The notes under the pieces are model-generated. The model worked only from the letters and a program-made list of their open reading frames with translations, made no database searches and was not told the origin of the DNA. Shown piece after piece: positions 13,651 to 25,955 of a stretch of 64,000 nucleotides of DNA. Numbering within the stretch: the stretch's first letter is position 1; the number at the start of each line of letters is the position of its first letter. The translations under genes and the position numbers were made by a program. The DNA comes from Mobula hypostoma (Eukaryota). Where the stretch lies: positions 5,954,001 through 6,018,000 of the forward strand of contig NC_086101.1 of assembly GCF_963921235.1 (NCBI RefSeq), in the 5' to 3' direction.

Positions 13651-15018
13651 TTAGTGGGACTGTCCTGAATCTTTAAAGGGGCGAACTATCCATACTCCGG
13701 GGAGTTGGATCATCTAAACCTCGGAAGCTGGCATGGATGGATGTGTGCCGTAAGCTTCCAACCATGATCTTCTTTCAGACAGAACTCGTACCTGCCAATC
13801 TCTACCCATGCTACAATGGGACATTCAAATATTAAGCATTGAGTCCTGTATTCGTCACCCTTTTCAACATTGTCCACATGGACTTAAAACCACGCTTTGA
13901 GCATTTTGTACATTCCTGGTTCCCGGACTATGGGACGGATGTCATTACACTGGACAGGAAGCTTCAGGAGGATGTAACTAGGACGAGAGGGCTTGTGTTA
14001 AAACGAGAGACTGCATTGATTGGGGCTGCTTCCTTGGAGTGTAGGGTGTTGAGGGGTGACCCACTATCGAGTTATATAAAATCATAAAGGGCAAAGGTAA
14101 GGTGAGAGTTTTTTTTCCCAGAACATGGGAGTACAAAACCAGAGGGCCTGTATTTTAGGTGAGAGGGGAAATATTTATATGGGATCTATGGGGTATCTTT
14201 CTCACAGACAGCGAGCTGGGTAAATGGAATTTGCTGCCAGCAGAAGCTGTAGAAACAGGTATAATTGAAATATTTTAAATAAATTTAGACAGGTACACAG
14301 ATAGGAAATGGTTAGAGGGATGTAGAATGAACACCTGCAAATAGGACTTGCTCAGGAAGACATCTTAGTTTTCTAGATAGATGAGGAGGGCCATGGGTTG
14401 AACATCTGCCAAAACCTTTCCCAGATCACCCTCCTGAGGAATCGTATACTGGAGTCTGTGAACTGTAGATGTGACTTCACGAACGACGGCAGTTAGCTGC
14501 CGCAGAATGGACAAACTGTATAGGGACGGAAGAATTCATTCTTACAGTTTGTAAATGGAATTTGTGACGCTAAGTTTGACTCTGTGTCCCACTCTGGGTA
14601 TGTGTTAGTGGTTCTCCTCGTTTGTGTGCTGAATGTGGTAAATTTCAGTGGGTGTGTATACACTTTGAAGGTCAGTGTGCACACTGAAGTATTTGTATGT
14701 TACAATGTATCTTCAGATGTCTGGTGTGTATTAACAATGTGTGACCTGTGTTTGAGCTGCTAAAATCAATAAATTTTTGTGTGTGAAGAAAATGGTTTCC
14801 AGATTACTGAGGGAAATAACAATGTGCATTGCTGATGCTCTGACTACAATCTGCAAATCCTTCTTGTGCATGTGTGAGCGAGCTTTCCCAGGCCGATTGT
14901 GCTGCGTGGGCTTCTCTGAAATAACATCTTGACCGAGGTCAATGCTGGTTGGTGTGTCCGGGCTCAGCTGACACTGCCTCAATATGGTGGTTTGATAACA
15001 ACAGTGAGACTCGTGAGT

Positions 15019-15070
15019 CCAGCAGGGGGCAGAGCTGAGTCAACCAGAGTCTCCAGTCACAGATGAGTCA
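15019..15070. promoter_or_regulatory. Candidate CTCF site plus two AP-1 motifs in TRIM intron 5
   Basis: CCAGCAGGGGGCAG at 15019-15032; TGAGTCA at 15036-15042 and 15064-15070. Confidence 0.45.
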
Positions 15071-15474
15071 GGCAGAGTGAGCGGTGCACGAAGGCCTCGT
15101 GTATTTTTCTGACAATCCCGGTAATCATATTGATACCCGGTTTTATTCCCTACAATTTCATGAAGTCAGTTTGAATTCCCCAGCTACTGTGGTAGGATTC
15201 AAACTCATCTTTTGGCATGTTAGTGCAGTGAGCATGGGATCAGGATGCAGTGGTTCATCTAACAGTCCGTGTATTGTTTATATTGTGCCCCTGTGCTCTT
15301 GTGTTCAGGGATTTAACGTCTCCAGCTGACCGCATGACACTGTGCCTCCCAGTAAGTGGGGTTGATGCGGAATAAACTTCAGTTTCCCTTCAGCCTATTA
15401 TTGCAGCAAATCTTTGCTTCAAATGATGACTTAATTGTACCTCATAAACAAGGACAAATAAATCTTTAACAAGA

Positions 15475-15747
15475 GAAGATCTGAAGATGCTGGAAATCCA
15501 AGCAACCCACACAAAATGCTGGAGGAACTCAGCAGGCCAGGCAGCATCTATGGAAAAGAGTACAGTCAACATTTTAGGCCAAGACCCTTCAGCAGGACCG
15601 GAGGAAAAGAGATGTGGATTAGAGTTACTCCTCATCTTTTTATCTCCAGGCCTGCTGAAGGGTCTTGTTCCGTAAGGTCGACTGTATGCTTTTCCATAGA
15701 TGCTGCTTGGCCTGCTGAGTTCCTCCAGCATTTTGTGTGTGTTGCTC
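15475..15747. mobile_element. Palindromic Penelope-terminus-derived element
   Basis: Two inverted copies of the terminus also seen at 8780-8910, forming ~115-bp imperfect arms. Confidence 0.75.
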
Positions 15748-15770
15748 AAATGAATTTTTGCAAGTTTTAC

Positions 15771-15889
15771 CTTGATTAACGGCATCAAGCGTTTCTCTCA
15801 GAGCTGTGTTCAACAAATAAGGGTGATCAAATTTTGCAGCTGAAAAGACCTCATCTGTCACTGACAATTCCTGGACATCATCCTTAATC
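15771..15889 (-). CDS. TRIM coding exon 5 (linker, 119 nt)
   Basis: tttacag|GATTAAG...AATCAAG|gtaaaa; IKDDVQELSVTDEVFSAAKFDHPYLLNTALRETLDAVNQ; ends in phase 1. Confidence 0.88.
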
Positions 15890-15976
15890 CTGTAAATATT
15901 AAACTTCTGGTTTTAAACTGCAATTTGGAACTATTTAAAAAATCCATACAGGGTGTCAGTAAAGAGCATGTCCTAC

Positions 15977-15999
15977 CTCCTCTTCTGAAGAACTTTCTC
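15977..15999 (-). CDS. TRIM coding exon 4 (23 nt)
   Basis: atttcag|GAGAAAGTTCTTCAGAAGAGGAG|gtagga; 23-nt exon typical of the family and keeps frame with exon 5. Confidence 0.88.
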
Positions 16000-17042
16000 C
16001 TGAAATGAATAGAACACAAACGTGAATAGACTTAGACTTACTGTCCACATCCTGAATTTCATCCAATTCATTACAAGGTGTTGAAAACTCCCACTCCCGC
16101 ACAATACACGAACAACACGGAACCACAGGGTAAATTTCAAGGAATGTTTCTGAAAATTAGACCATAACTGAGAGGATGAAACTGACACGAAAGGCTGCAT
16201 TTTTATCTGGATATGTGTCAGGATGATAAGATGGAGGAATTTAAGATTAGTGATGGATTTGATTGGGTGCAGGTGGAAAAGTACTCTATCCCTATTTATG
16301 GGCAGACCTTAGGTCAAAGATAAAAAGCCAGGTGATTTTTAATGAATCCCATAAGAAATTCAGTGAAGAGAACGTGGAACTCACTGCCACAGGAGTGGTT
16401 GAAGTGGAACAGCAGAGGTTGAATGTAATGGGGAAGCTGCATAAACACATGAGGGACCATGGAGCTGGGGTCACTGTTGCTGGGTGTGGTAAGCAGGTGG
16501 GAGGAGGCTTGTGAAGCAGGGAAACTGATAGGAGAGAATGGACTGAAAAAACAGTCTATGATGTAAAATGGGATATCATCTGATGACAAATATACCTGAA
16601 AACAGACAACAGACAGTGCAAAATTCTCTGAAACAATGAACCTAATACAAAGCAGATATAGAGGGTAAATCTGATGTGTGGGTCACATTCTGCAATTCAA
16701 CCTCAGTTCCTAATAATTGACAGAGAGACCCTCACACACACACCACACCAGACTCACTCACAGCCTGTGATGGTAACTGGATGTTACTCTGAGTATCAGG
16801 GGATGTTATACGTGGGAACCAGCTCAGTGCTACGATCAGAGTAACTCATTCCTGAAGAGGATGCAGACTATCCTGTGGTGTTCTGAGAGGCTGGTTTGGG
16901 GAATGACAACAATCCTGAACAGTCAAAACATCTCTCCGGTTTAAATCTGTTTACAATGATTGTATCTGTAAATACCACATTGATTTAAAATACATCATTT
17001 AGAGACTGTGCACTTTTACAGAACCAAACTGAAATCTCTCAC

Positions 17043-17276
17043 CATGAGAAATATCACATTTTCTTGTTGATCCATCTGTTCCTGTAACTTTGAGATTTCT
17101 TCCTGGATAGAATTTAAATTCTCTTGAATCTCCTGAAGATTTTTCTCCATTGGATTTAGAATCCTCTCCTCTTCTTCCCTGAGATGTCTGAGCGCGTGCT
17201 GCTCTTTCTCAGTGAGAATCTGGCGCAGTTCAGCGAACTGGGATATGATGTGGGACTGAAGGCTGCGTGACTGTTC
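17043..17276 (-). CDS. TRIM coding exon 3 (coiled coil, 234 nt)
   Basis: gacag|GAACAG...CTCATG|gtgaga; EQSRSLQSHIISQFAELRQILTEKEQ...ENVIFLM, open, phase 0/0. Confidence 0.92.
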
Positions 17277-17549
17277 CTGTCAAATGAAGGCTGAAGATTA
17301 ATTCATTGTACTGTTGTGTTGTATTTTCTTATGACACTATAAAATTCAGTCCCTTGAGGTTCATGCCACTGCTAAGAGAATTCCCGTCAAACTCATTGCC
17401 CCCGTTTACCCTGTAACATGGAAGGTGACCATTCAGCCCATTAAATTATTTGCTGATTCTCAGATCTTCAATCCCATTTCCTCACCTTTCCCTGAAACCA
17501 ATTGTCCACTCCAACGTGATTCACTGACCACACATCTTCACAAGGTTAA

Positions 17550-18180
17550 GAACATAAGATAAGAGCATAAGATATAGAAGTAGAAGTGGGCCATTCAGCC
17601 CATCAAGTCTCCTCCACCATTCCGTCATGGACTGATCTAATTCCAGTCATCCCCACTCCCCTGCTATTTTCCCATACCCTTAGATGCCCTGGCTAATCAA
17701 GAGCCTATCTATCTCTGCCTTTAATACACCCAATGACTGATCAGGCCTTTTAACATTCAGAATGTTTCTATGACATCCTCCCTCATTCTCCTGAACTCCA
17801 GGGAATACAGCCCAAGAGCTGCCAGATGTTCCTCATTTGGTAATGCTTTCATTCCTGGAATCATTCTTGTGAATCTTCTCTGAGCCCTCTCCAATGTCAG
17901 TATATCCTTTCTAAAATAAGGAGACCAAAACTGCACACAATACCCCAAGAGTGGTCTCACGAGTGCCTTATAGAGCATCAGCATCACATTCCTGCTCTTG
18001 TATTCTATACCTCTAGAAATGAATGCCAACAGTACATTCTCCTTCTTCACCACCAACTCCACCTGGAGGTTAACCTTCAGGGTATCCTGCACAAGGATTC
18101 CCAAGTCCCTTTGCATCTCTGCATTTTGAATTCTCACCCCATCTGAATAATAGTCTGCCCGTTTATTTCTACCACCAAAT
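17550..18180 (-). mobile_element. CR1 3' fragment in TRIM intron 2
   Basis: ORF 17757-18137 QRDLG..LVRP..CVQFWSP..RRFTRMIP. Confidence 0.85.
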
Positions 18181-18199
18181 TACAGTAGCGACTTAACCA

Positions 18200-18330
18200 T
18201 TCAACCAACATCCCTCGGTAATATCTGCGAAACCATCTTGATAACAGGGAGAACATGCAAACTCCACTCAGAGAGCACTAGAGGTCGGGATTGAACCCAG
18301 GTCACGGGAGCTACGATACTCTGCTATTCT
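18200..18330 (-). mobile_element. tRNA-derived (V-SINE-like) fragment
   Basis: GGGAGAACATGCAAACTCC..GGGATTGAACCC (reverse complement of a B-box); related pieces near 24860-25000 and 61720-61860. Confidence 0.5.
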
Positions 18331-18389
18331 GCATGAACGGGAGCAAAACTACACAACAATATACGAAATTCTGCTCAGGAAGGCCTCAC

Positions 18390-18485
18390 CCGGACTCTGG
18401 AAATTTTCTCTTTCTGTTGCTGCTCAATTTTCTCGAAGTCTGATTTCTTCTTTGTGAGAGAATCTAAGAACCATTTAACTCGATC
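18390..18485 (-). CDS. TRIM coding exon 2 (coiled coil, 96 nt)
   Basis: ttcccag|GATCGA...GTCCGG|gtgagg; DRVKWFLDSLTKKKSDFEKIEQQQKEKISRVR; 96-nt exon typical of TRIM-B30.2 genes. Confidence 0.92.
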
Positions 18486-18563
18486 CTGGGAATTAAACAG
18501 TGAAAGAATTAGACAAAAAGATGACGCAACATAAACAGACTATCAACAGTAGGCTATTTTTAC

Positions 18564-18974
18564 CTTGTAAATTTCGAAGCCTTCTTTAATCGTCAGGAAG
18601 CGGTGCTCTCTGTGTTCCTGGGAAGCTGCACAAATCACACAGATCAGTGTCCTGTCGGTTTCACAAAACAGCTTCAATTCTTCCCCATGTTCCTCGCAGT
18701 GAAGTTTACTTTCCTTTTCTTTCGGATTCAGGTTTAGTTTTCGAGCTTTTTCAGCCAGTCTTGCTAAGACCCGACTTGGCCTGAGTTTACCATCTGCAAA
18801 TACCTCTCTACATTCCGGGCAGGTATTTATTTTCGCACTTTCCCAACATAGTGTAATACAGGAGCGGCAGAAATTGTGTCCACACTCCAGTGACACCGGA
18901 TCGGTGAAGAAATCCAGGCAGATGGGACAAATTGCCTCCTCGCTCCAACTCTCGACCTGTCCTCTCGAAGCCAT
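18564..18974 (-). CDS. TRIM E3 ligase (TRIM27/TRIM39-like class), coding exon 1: RING + B-box
   Basis: ATG at 18974; C3HC4 RING (CPIC..CGH..CRSC..CPEC) and B-box (CEEH..FC..D..CVIC..H..H); donor AAG|gtaaaa; 411 nt, phase 0. Confidence 0.95.
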
Positions 18975-19329
18975 GTTAACTGCGGCACTTCCTGGTTCCG
19001 GATCCCTTCACTGTCGGGGAGCTGCTGAACCCCTGCAGTACCGCGATTGTCCACTAGATGCGCTGCAGTCTCAGGGAATGAACATTATGTTACTGCTTTT
19101 GTTCAGTGGGAAGGCGGCCTACTCCCTTCCAACTGATCTCAAGTGATGGAGGGGTCAGGAAGACAACAAACAGGACTGAAAGTCAATGAATTCAGAAAGA
19201 GGGTCTCGGCAGTTTGCAGCAGGACAGAAAAGAACAGCTTTAAAATGGGACCCAGTCCGGTTTTAAACGGCAGTTAAATATATACTTAGAACAACTGTTA
19301 AACATTTATTCACCTAAAAAGAGAAAATA

Positions 19330-20460
19330 TACGCCACGGCCTGGAACAAGTTTAGCTTTAGCTTTTCAGTGAGGTCCATATTTCCAAAGCCCTTCCGGTG
19401 AAGACGATGCCTGATTTCACCCACCTACAATCCGGTTCCAATCCGCTTTCCTTGTTCTGGGCTGGACTCACAAGGTGCAAGTGGTTTCTCTCGGCCTGTC
19501 CAGTAAACTTCTTCCGCCTCAGACAGCGGAAGATTCCCTACTTGCCGCCTGGCCTCATCAGGTCGGTTCTGAAACAGCGGCTCGATCCACAAAACACGGT
19601 TTAGGCGTTTGGGAAGAGGCTGAATTAAAGGCTCATGGGAAATCTGGTATTCCCGCAGGTTGTTGACTTCCTCGTAACTTCTTCCCTGGCTACTTGCAAA
19701 ACGGATGACGGAGCGCTGGCGAAGGAAAAATCTCTTTCTCCCTCTCTGTCTCTGACTGTCTGTCCCTTTCCTTATACCTGTATCACCAAATTTGCCCTTT
19801 ACCTCTCAATACAAATCTACTCAGAAAAATATATTATTGAATCTGACGCCAAATGATGTGTGTGACCAAGTTTCTTAAGTTCACATCGCGTGTGCTGTAA
19901 ACGAAGAGACTGAGGAAGTAGTTGTGGGGAATTTCCAGTGATCCTGAGACGAACTCCGCGCTTCTATCAGACTGACATCTCCAACTCAACGGAGATGAAT
20001 CGCCCCAGTCACCCTCCTGGCATCGCAGATCCGGTTCTGGAGCGGCGGATTGTTCAGAGGGCGGGACGCCGAACGCTCGGAGCGGATCGCAGGCCGGAGC
20101 TTGAAACCGGGGGCGAGTTGATCCGGATAGAGGCCGGAGATCCGGAGTTGCACCTCGGGTAAAAGCAGCAACACTCGCCGGGGCTGCGAAACCTTTCAGT
20201 GGCGGGGATGAGGAGACTCTGGCGGAGATTCCGTGAGATGTTTCAGCTACACGGAGGGTGCACGACCTATCCGCGCCTGAGGAAGGGTCTCGGCCCGAAA
20301 TGTCCTTTCTACAGATGCTGCCTGGTTTGCTGAGTTCCTCCAGCATATTGTGTGTGTCGCGTGATTCCGGGCCTGTCGTCTGCAGTTAACTCCTGCTGCT
20401 GAAATACCGCAGCGGCTGCCGGTGGATCTCTGGTGCTCTCACCGCTCCACTGTGGAATTC
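19330..20460 (-). promoter_or_regulatory. CpG-rich promoter / 5'UTR region of the TRIM gene
   Basis: Locally high CpG density (especially 19950-20430) in mostly non-repeat sequence just upstream of the TRIM ATG. Confidence 0.55.
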
Positions 20461-23400
20461 GATAGGTAAAGTCGTGTTTTGAAAAATAAGAAACCCTCTG
20501 TGGTGGCTGTGCTTTTAAGCAACATTTTCTGTCTTTTATTGTCTATTTTATTTTATGACTCTCTTCACGGACCAGTTCAGAACGCTATTTGCTTGCAATT
20601 TATTATTTTGCAGGGAATGTTTTTTTTCGTCTTAATATTGGCTGTTCGAAGGTCTTTTTAATGGGTTCTATTTGTTTCTTTGTTTCGTGGCTGCTTGCTA
20701 GGGGAGGAAACTCAAGGTTATATAATGTCTGTGTATTTTCCTAATAAATGTACTTTGATTTTTGAACATTATCCCACTGTAAAGCACTTTGAACTACATC
20801 ATCTGTATCAATAGTGTTGGGTAAGTCATTATTATTATTTTTTTTCCCTCCGCTCAAGCTGGTAAAGCCTAAGGTTTAGGCCTAGACAAGCAGACTCAGA
20901 TTTCCATAGCTAGGAATTTTTGGACCACTCCAGTGGTGTTTAGTATTGTGGCTTTCTGAAGATCTACATAAATTTAGAGGAAGAAATTCATAGAGATATC
21001 ATGGACTGTTGCAAGAAATATATGGTTGTTATAGTGGGTGATTTTTATCTTTCCACATATTGACTGGATCTCCTATACTGTAAAATGACTAGATGGGATC
21101 GAGGTTGTCAAATGCTGCCTGGTCTGCTGAGCTCCTCTGGCATTTTGAGTGTGATACTTGATCTGCTGTTGGGGAATGAGACAGGGCAGGTGACAGAGGT
21201 TTGTGTAGGGGAACACTTTGCATCTAGTCATCACAATACTATTACTAAACATGCACGTACATAGGTCTAGTCTGTGGGTTGAGATTCTAAATAGGAGAAA
21301 GGCCAATTTTGATGGTATCAGAAAGGATCTGGCAAGCGAGGATTGGGAAAGGTGACTTGAAGTGGGAGACCTTCAAAAGTGAAATTTTGAGAGCACAAAG
21401 CTTGTATGTGACTGCTGGACTAAAAGGTGCAGGGAAACTTGGTTTTCAAGTGATATTGAGGCCCTGATTAGGAAAAAAAAGGAGGTATAGGCAGTTAGGA
21501 ACAAATGAGATGCCAATGGAGGATTGTAGTACAAAGAAGACACGACAGTGGCTATATTTCATTGGTATTTGAGGAAATTTCATATGACATCAAAGACACT
21601 TGCAAATGTCGACAGATGCAATGTGGAGATGTTTTAACTGGCTGCATGACTGTCTGGCATGGGGAAGAGTGGGTTGCTAGTGCACAGAATTGGACAGTCA
21701 GAACATGGCTGAACTTTGACCTCAGTGCCACTTTCCTGCAAATTTTCCCATCATTGCTGACCCCCTAAATTTGCCTTTTAAATTTTCAATATTTGTGGAG
21801 AAAATTCCAAATATTCACTGCACTCTGGGTGAGAAGATTTTTCCTCAGTTCAGTCCTGCTGAGGTGACCTCTGATTGTGAGTCTGTGACCCCCTGGTTCC
21901 ACACCCCAGCCAGCAGAAACATCATTCCTCCCTCTGACCTGTCAATACCCTGTGAGACTGTGTCTGTCTCAGTCAGACCACCTTTTATTTCCCTAATGCT
22001 GAGACAGTCCCAGTCAGTGTAATCTCTCTGAGGATACCACCACCACTCCCCACCCTACCCTACCACAAATCAATCTGGGAAACCTTCTCACAAAACAAGA
22101 GAAAACCTGCAGATGCTGGAAATCCAAGCAACACACATACAAAGCCAGAGGAACTCAGCAGGCCAGGCTTTGTGTATGGGAAAAAAGTACCGGCGACGGG
22201 ACTGGGGAAAGAAGTACAGGTGACAGGACTGGAGAAAAAAGCTGAGGAGTAGATTTGAAAGGTGGAGGGGTGGAGATGGGAGAAAGAAACACCAGGCGAT
22301 AGGTGAAACTTTGTTGGGGAGGGATGAAGCAAAGAGCTAGAAAGTTGATTGTTGAAAGAGACAAAAAAGGCCATGGAAGAAAGGGAAAATAGGTATATGT
22401 CATGATGTACAGCCTTGAAATTAATTTTCTTGTCAGTGTTTACAGCAAAGTACATATAATAGAATTTTGGGAAACATTTACGCAAGCAAACAAGCAATCA
22501 ATGTACAAAAGAAGACAAATTCTGCAAATAGGCATCCAGTCATGAAGCACCACAACACAGAAACAGAGCCTTTGGAACATCTGGTCCATGTTGAACTGTT
22601 GTTCTGCCTAATCCCAGCGATCTGCACCTGGACAACAGCCATGCATGTACTTATCCAAACTTAAGTATTGACATCAAACCTCTTCCTCTGGCAGCTTGTT
22701 CCGCACTCATACCTCTCTCTCAGTGAACACATTCCCCTCCAGATTCTCCTTCAATATTTCATCTTAGTTGTAGTCTCGCCCAGACATAGTGGAAGAGCCT
22801 GCATGTACTTACCCTATATGTCCTGTACTGCTCATTATTTTGCTCAAATCGGTCCTCACACACCTAAGTTCCAGGGAATTAACTCCTCATCTGTTCAACC
22901 TTACGCTATAACCCAGGTCCTCAAGTCCTGTCAATAATCTTATACATTTTCTCTAAATACTCCTTCGATCTTACTGATATCTTTCCTGTAGATAGGTGAC
23001 CAAAACTGCACACAATACTCCAAATTAGACCTCGATGACATCTTGTACAACTTTACCATAACATCTCAGCTCAAAAGGTGCTTTGATTTATAAAAAGGAA
23101 ATCTGCCAAAAAATCTCTTTACAACCTGTGACACCACTTTCAAGGTATTCTGGTTCTGTGTTCCCAGATCCCTCTGTTCTACAGCTCTCCCCAGTTCACT
23201 GACATTAACCATGTAAGTACTACCCTGGATTGTCCTCCAAAAACTGCAACAACTCTGTTTGGATTACATTTCATCTGCCATTTTCAGCTTTTTTTTTTCT
23301 ATTTGGTCAAGATTTTACTTCAAGCTTTGATAGTCTTCCTTGCTATCCATTACGGCCCAATCTTGGGGCAATCTCCATGCTTGATGATTCAGTTTTCCAT

Positions 23401-23875
23401 ATTGTCACCCAGGTCATTGATATTGAAGACAAACTACAGTGGGCCCAGTACTGATCGCTGGGGAACATAACTAGTCACAGACATGCAGTCAGAGAGAGGC
23501 AAACAAAAGGCAAATAAATAAAGGAGGTGAATGAATTTATCCACATCAGTTTAGGAGGTATAATTGCGGGTTAAATTTATTGTCAAAGTGAAAGAAAGAG
23601 GCAAGAATTTATTGTTTACAGAATATGGGCATCGTCAGCAGGACCAGCATTTACTGCCCACTGACTGTCCTTGAGAAGATCGAAATGAGCAACTTTGGTT
23701 GCTACAGTTCGTGTAGTGTCATTGATTTAAATCAATTCCTTAATAATAATGCAATATTGAGGTTAGTATTCTGTTAATAGATGAAGTGATTGGATAATAG
23801 AACATAGAACTCTACAGTACATTACAGATCCCTCAGCCAAAAGTGTTGTGACATCCATGTAACCTATTCTAGAAC

Positions 23876-24392
23876 ACAAACACGAGGAAATCTGCAGATG
23901 CTGGAATTTCAAGCAACACACATCAAAGTTGCTTGTGAACGCAGCAGGCCAGGCAGGATCTCCAGGAAGAGGTACAGTTGATGTTTTGGGCCGAGTCCCT
24001 TCATCAGGACTAATTGAAGGAAGAGCAAGTAAGAGATTTGAAAGTGGGAGGGGGAGGGGGAGATCCAAAATCATTGGAGAAGACAGGAGGGGGAGGGATG
24101 GAGCCAAGAGCTGGACAGGTGATTGGCAAAAGGGATATGAGAGGATCATGGGACAGGAGACCTAGGGAGAAAGAAAAGGGGGAGGGGGGGAAACCCAGAG
24201 GATGGACAGGGGTATAGTGAGAGGGACAGAGGGAGAAAAAGGAGTGTTGACATTGACCTCTCAAACTTCCACTCATGCCCCACCTTCCCCTCGTACCCCA
24301 TCTGTTATTTATTTATTTATATATACACATTCTTTTTCTCTCTCTCCTTTTTCTCCCTCTGTCCCTCTCACTATACCCCTGTCCATCCTCTG
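23876..24392. mobile_element. Penelope-like terminus with inverted segment
   Basis: 23876-24243 matches 8780-9150; 24245-24392 is the reverse complement of the ~9100-9240 region. Confidence 0.8.
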
Positions 24393-24594
24393 GAATGACA
24401 CCTGTTAAACTCACCTCAGCATGTCTTTTACAGTCTTAACCCACCATGGGCAACAGAGGAGTCACTGTTGCAAACAGTGCAGCGAGCAACACTGTCATTA
24501 TTTTTGACCCCTATTAGGCAGGGGTACACTTTAGGGTAGTCTGGGGTGATGTACGTTTTATATTTTCTTTTTTTGGAACACTCTCCCATGGCAT

Positions 24595-24597
<3 letters not shown>

Positions 24598-24650
<53 letters not shown>
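24598..24650. repeat. (CT)n microsatellite
   Basis: Perfect dinucleotide run of about 26 units. Confidence 0.95.
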
Positions 24651-24655
<5 letters not shown>

Positions 24656-25322
24656 CTCTTGTGGTCGCTCTCATGTTTTCTCTTTTGCTTTCTCTCGCGC
24701 TCGCTCGCTCTCAAAAAAATTGATTTCCGTGATATTGTATATAATTTGCGGGCATCAGGGAGCCGCTATTCATATGCGGGAGACTCCTGGAACTTCCTGG
24801 AGACGTGGGATGTCTGCACTAAACATTGGAATATGCCCACTCTCCCTCCAGGTCCCATCCACCACTGGATTGTGGGAGGAAACTGATTCACACAGTAGAA
24901 CCCCACACGGTCACAGGAAGAATGTACGAACAGTTTACAGGTAGCAGCAGGAATCAATCTCTCTCAGGGATCACTGGCACTGTAAAGCAATTGCGATACC
25001 ATCAGGTTGCCGTGTCGCCCACCCACCATAAATATTTCCACGAGAGCCGAACATCAGATTCCTGTTGGGATAGCTCTCTACGCGACTCCCTTGTCCAGTC
25101 GTCCCTCTCCACTGACCTCCTTCCTGGCACTCATCCCTGCAAGAGAGATAAGGGCTACACCAGCCCAGGCATCTCACTCACCACCATCCAGGGTCCAAAC
25201 TACTTGTTCCAGATGTGGTGAAAATTCACTTGTAAGTCTGCCAGCAGACTGCCCTTGAAAACGTGAAAATGAGCGAGTTCAGCTGATACAGTCCGTGTGG
25301 TCTCATCCATTTCAATCAATAC

Positions 25323-25955
25323 TGACTGTAAAAGCTTTTATAGATATGTAAAAAGGAAAAGACTGGTAAAGACAAATGTAGGTCCCCTACAGACAGAAAC
25401 AGGTGAATTGATTATGGGGAGCAAGGACATGGCAGACCAACTGAATAAATTACTTTGGTTCTGTCTTCACTAAGGAGGACATAAATAATCTTCCAGAAAT
25501 AGTAGGGGACAGAGGGTCCAGTGAGATGGAGGAACTGAGCGAAATACATGTTAGTAGGGAAGTGGTGTTAGGTAAATTGAAGGGATTAAAGGCAGATAAA
25601 TCCCCAGGGTCAGATGGTCTGCATCCCAGAGTGCTTAAGGAAGTAGCCCAAGAAATACTGGATGCATTAGTGATAATTTTTCAAAACTCGTTAGATTCTG
25701 GACTAGTTCCTGAGGATTGGAGGGTGGCTAATGTAACCCTACTTTTCAAAAAGGAAGGAGAGAGAAACCGGGGAATTATAGACCGGTTAGCCTAACATCG
25801 GTGGTGGGGAAACTGCTAGAGTCATTTATCCAAGATGTGATAACAGCACATTTGGAAAGCGGTGAAATCATCGGACAAAGTCAGCATGGATTTGTGAAAG
25901 GAAAATCATGTTTGACGAATCTCATAGAATTTTTTGAGGATGTAACTAGTAGAGT
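25323..25955 (+). mobile_element. Internal CR1 ORF2 fragment, truncated at both ends
   Basis: KSPGSDGLHPRVLKE..QHGFVKGKSCLTNL. Confidence 0.88.

Larger units (their letters stand above)
22394..25322 (+). repeat. Segmental duplication copy B (paralogous to 59736-62178)
   Basis: Long collinear matches, e.g. GATGTACAGCCTTGAAATTAATTTTC through CAGTCCGTGTGGTCTCATCCATTT. Confidence 0.9.

Noticed and set aside
18200..18330. tRNA gene
   Set aside because: Only a degenerate B-box within SINE-like sequence; no cloverleaf
19834..20346. 170-aa minus-strand ORF upstream of TRIM
   Set aside because: Starts in a Penelope terminus and runs through GC-rich promoter DNA; no recognisable domain
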